Source of the DNA: an uncultured Gemmatimonadales bacterium | Lineage (GTDB): Bacteria > Gemmatimonadota > Gemmatimonadetes > Longimicrobiales > RSA9 | Direction of reading: 5' to 3' | NCBI GenBank assembly: GCA_963798085.1 | Contig: CAWCRS010000007.1 | Span: 1,216,001-1,280,000 of the forward strand | Length of the DNA stretch: 64,000 bases | Part shown: positions 63,137-64,000 of the stretch, piece by piece | Layout of the letters: every line of letters begins with the position of its first letter | Numbering within the stretch: the stretch's first letter is position 1 | The notes under the pieces: generated by a model | What the model was told of the DNA's origin: nothing | The model's input: the letters and a program-made list of their open reading frames with translations, nothing else | Database searches by the model: none | Program-made: the position numbers and the translations under genes

Positions 63137-63898
63137 TCAGAGGGTGTCGGATTCGCCGCTGGACGATGCGAAGACGGCGCGATGGATGGAGTCGAGCATG
63201 CGCTGGTAGATGCGCTGGCCTTTTTCGGCGGTCGCGGCGGTGGCAAAGCCGACCACGCCGCTGCCCTCCGCGGGAGGCGGAGGCAGCCGGCCCTGGCGGT
63301 AGCGCCGCTGCGCCTCGGCATTGGGCTTCACATTGGGCGCGCGATCCATGCGCACCAGGTGAGGGTAGATGTGGAGCATGAGGGAGGTCTCTGCTTCGTC
63401 GGCGTGCAGCGGGCCGGGCTGGTGCTCCAGCAGGTCGGCGATAGCGACATCCCAGAGGGAAACGACGCGTACGCGGGCGGTACGCGTGAGGAGAGTGGCC
63501 AGGGCGTCGAGGTGCGGCTCGTGCCGGTGCGCCGTAAGCAGAATGAACTCCGCGATACCGTGATTCTCCCACGTTGCCAGCAGATCGTTGAGCACGCGGT
63601 GCAGGGTTTTCTGCCGCAGCGTGGCTGTGCCGGCCCAGGCGCGGCCTACGGATACGGCGCTGCCGTAATAGTTGACGCCATAGCTCATTGCAGGTGCGCG
63701 CAGAATCTGGAATGCGGCCGAGAGGTCATCGGCCATGCGCGTGCTGATGAGCGTGTTGGCGCCCAGCGGCAGGTGCGGGCCGTGCTGCTCGAGTGCACCA
63801 ATGGGCATGATCAGGCGGGCGTCGCGGGCCAGATGCGCGGCCACGTCCACCCAGCTCATCTCATCCAGCCGGATCGCACCGGACCGCCTTTCAATCAT
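63137..63898 (-). CDS. Creatininase family protein (divergent metal site)
   Basis: EMSWVDV, PIGALEQHGPHLPLG, HADEAETS, SGVVG..ATAEKG. Confidence 0.88.
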   Translation of the reverse strand: MIERRSGAIRLDEMSWVDVAAHLARDARLIMPIGALEQHGPHLPLGANTLISTRMADDLSAAFQILRAPAMSYGVNYYGSAVSVGRAWAGTATLRQKTLHRVLNDLLATWENHGIAEFILLTAHRHEPHLDALATLLTRTARVRVVSLWDVAIADLLEHQPGPLHADEAETSLMLHIYPHLVRMDRAPNVKPNAEAQRRYRQGRLPPPPAEGSGVVGFATAATAEKGQRIYQRMLDSIHRAVFASSSGESDTL

Positions 63899-64000
63899 GC
63901 CGACGGATGCAGACGATGCGAGTGATGGGCCGCACGCGTCCCAACGCGGTGTTCGAGACGGCCGCCTGCGGCGGGGCGGCGCTGGCGGTGCTGCTGCTGC

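Noticed and set aside
63899..64000. Partial CDS at the right edge
   Set aside because: Both a + strand start (MRVMGRTRP...AVLLL) and open - strand frames are possible; too short to decide.

Overview
High-GC, gene-dense chromosomal window of mostly housekeeping genes. Gene content and order suggest a Gemmatimonadota-like bacterium (inference only). It holds about 63 CDS. The + strand runs ltaE-recA-alaS-gmhA...hflX-pdxJ-ispE-tRNA-Gln, then a 4-gene block, prs-rplY-pth, hppA, rpsF-rpsR-DUF2232-rplI, rsfS, a metallopeptidase/beta-propeller/Omp85 protein, a SPOR protein-smc-S8 peptidase block, sugar-nucleotide genes and aroF, then SRP RNA-dnaX-yraN-ybaB-recR-mglB-mglA-pgsA-cinA and grpE-dnaJ. The - strand carries mnmA/iscS, bshB1, a MacAB-type ABC exporter and a creatininase-like gene. 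No integrase, transposase, prophage or CRISPR array was seen. Main observations: (1) the SMC hinge appears to lack its second half, including the Gly motif, and smc is coupled to a pseudo-ATPase-TM-SPOR gene; (2) G>A changes and 1-nt indels recur at GATG/CATC, even at invariant Asp residues, pointing to a DNA modification seen through long-read miscalls; (3) a Myxococcus-type MglBA module with a small membrane-anchored partner; (4) a protein with two His-less Hpt-like domains; (5) a candidate direct-repeat SOS box at recA; (6) an intergenic element bounded by long inverted repeats. The frameshifts are most likely sequencing errors rather than pseudogenes.
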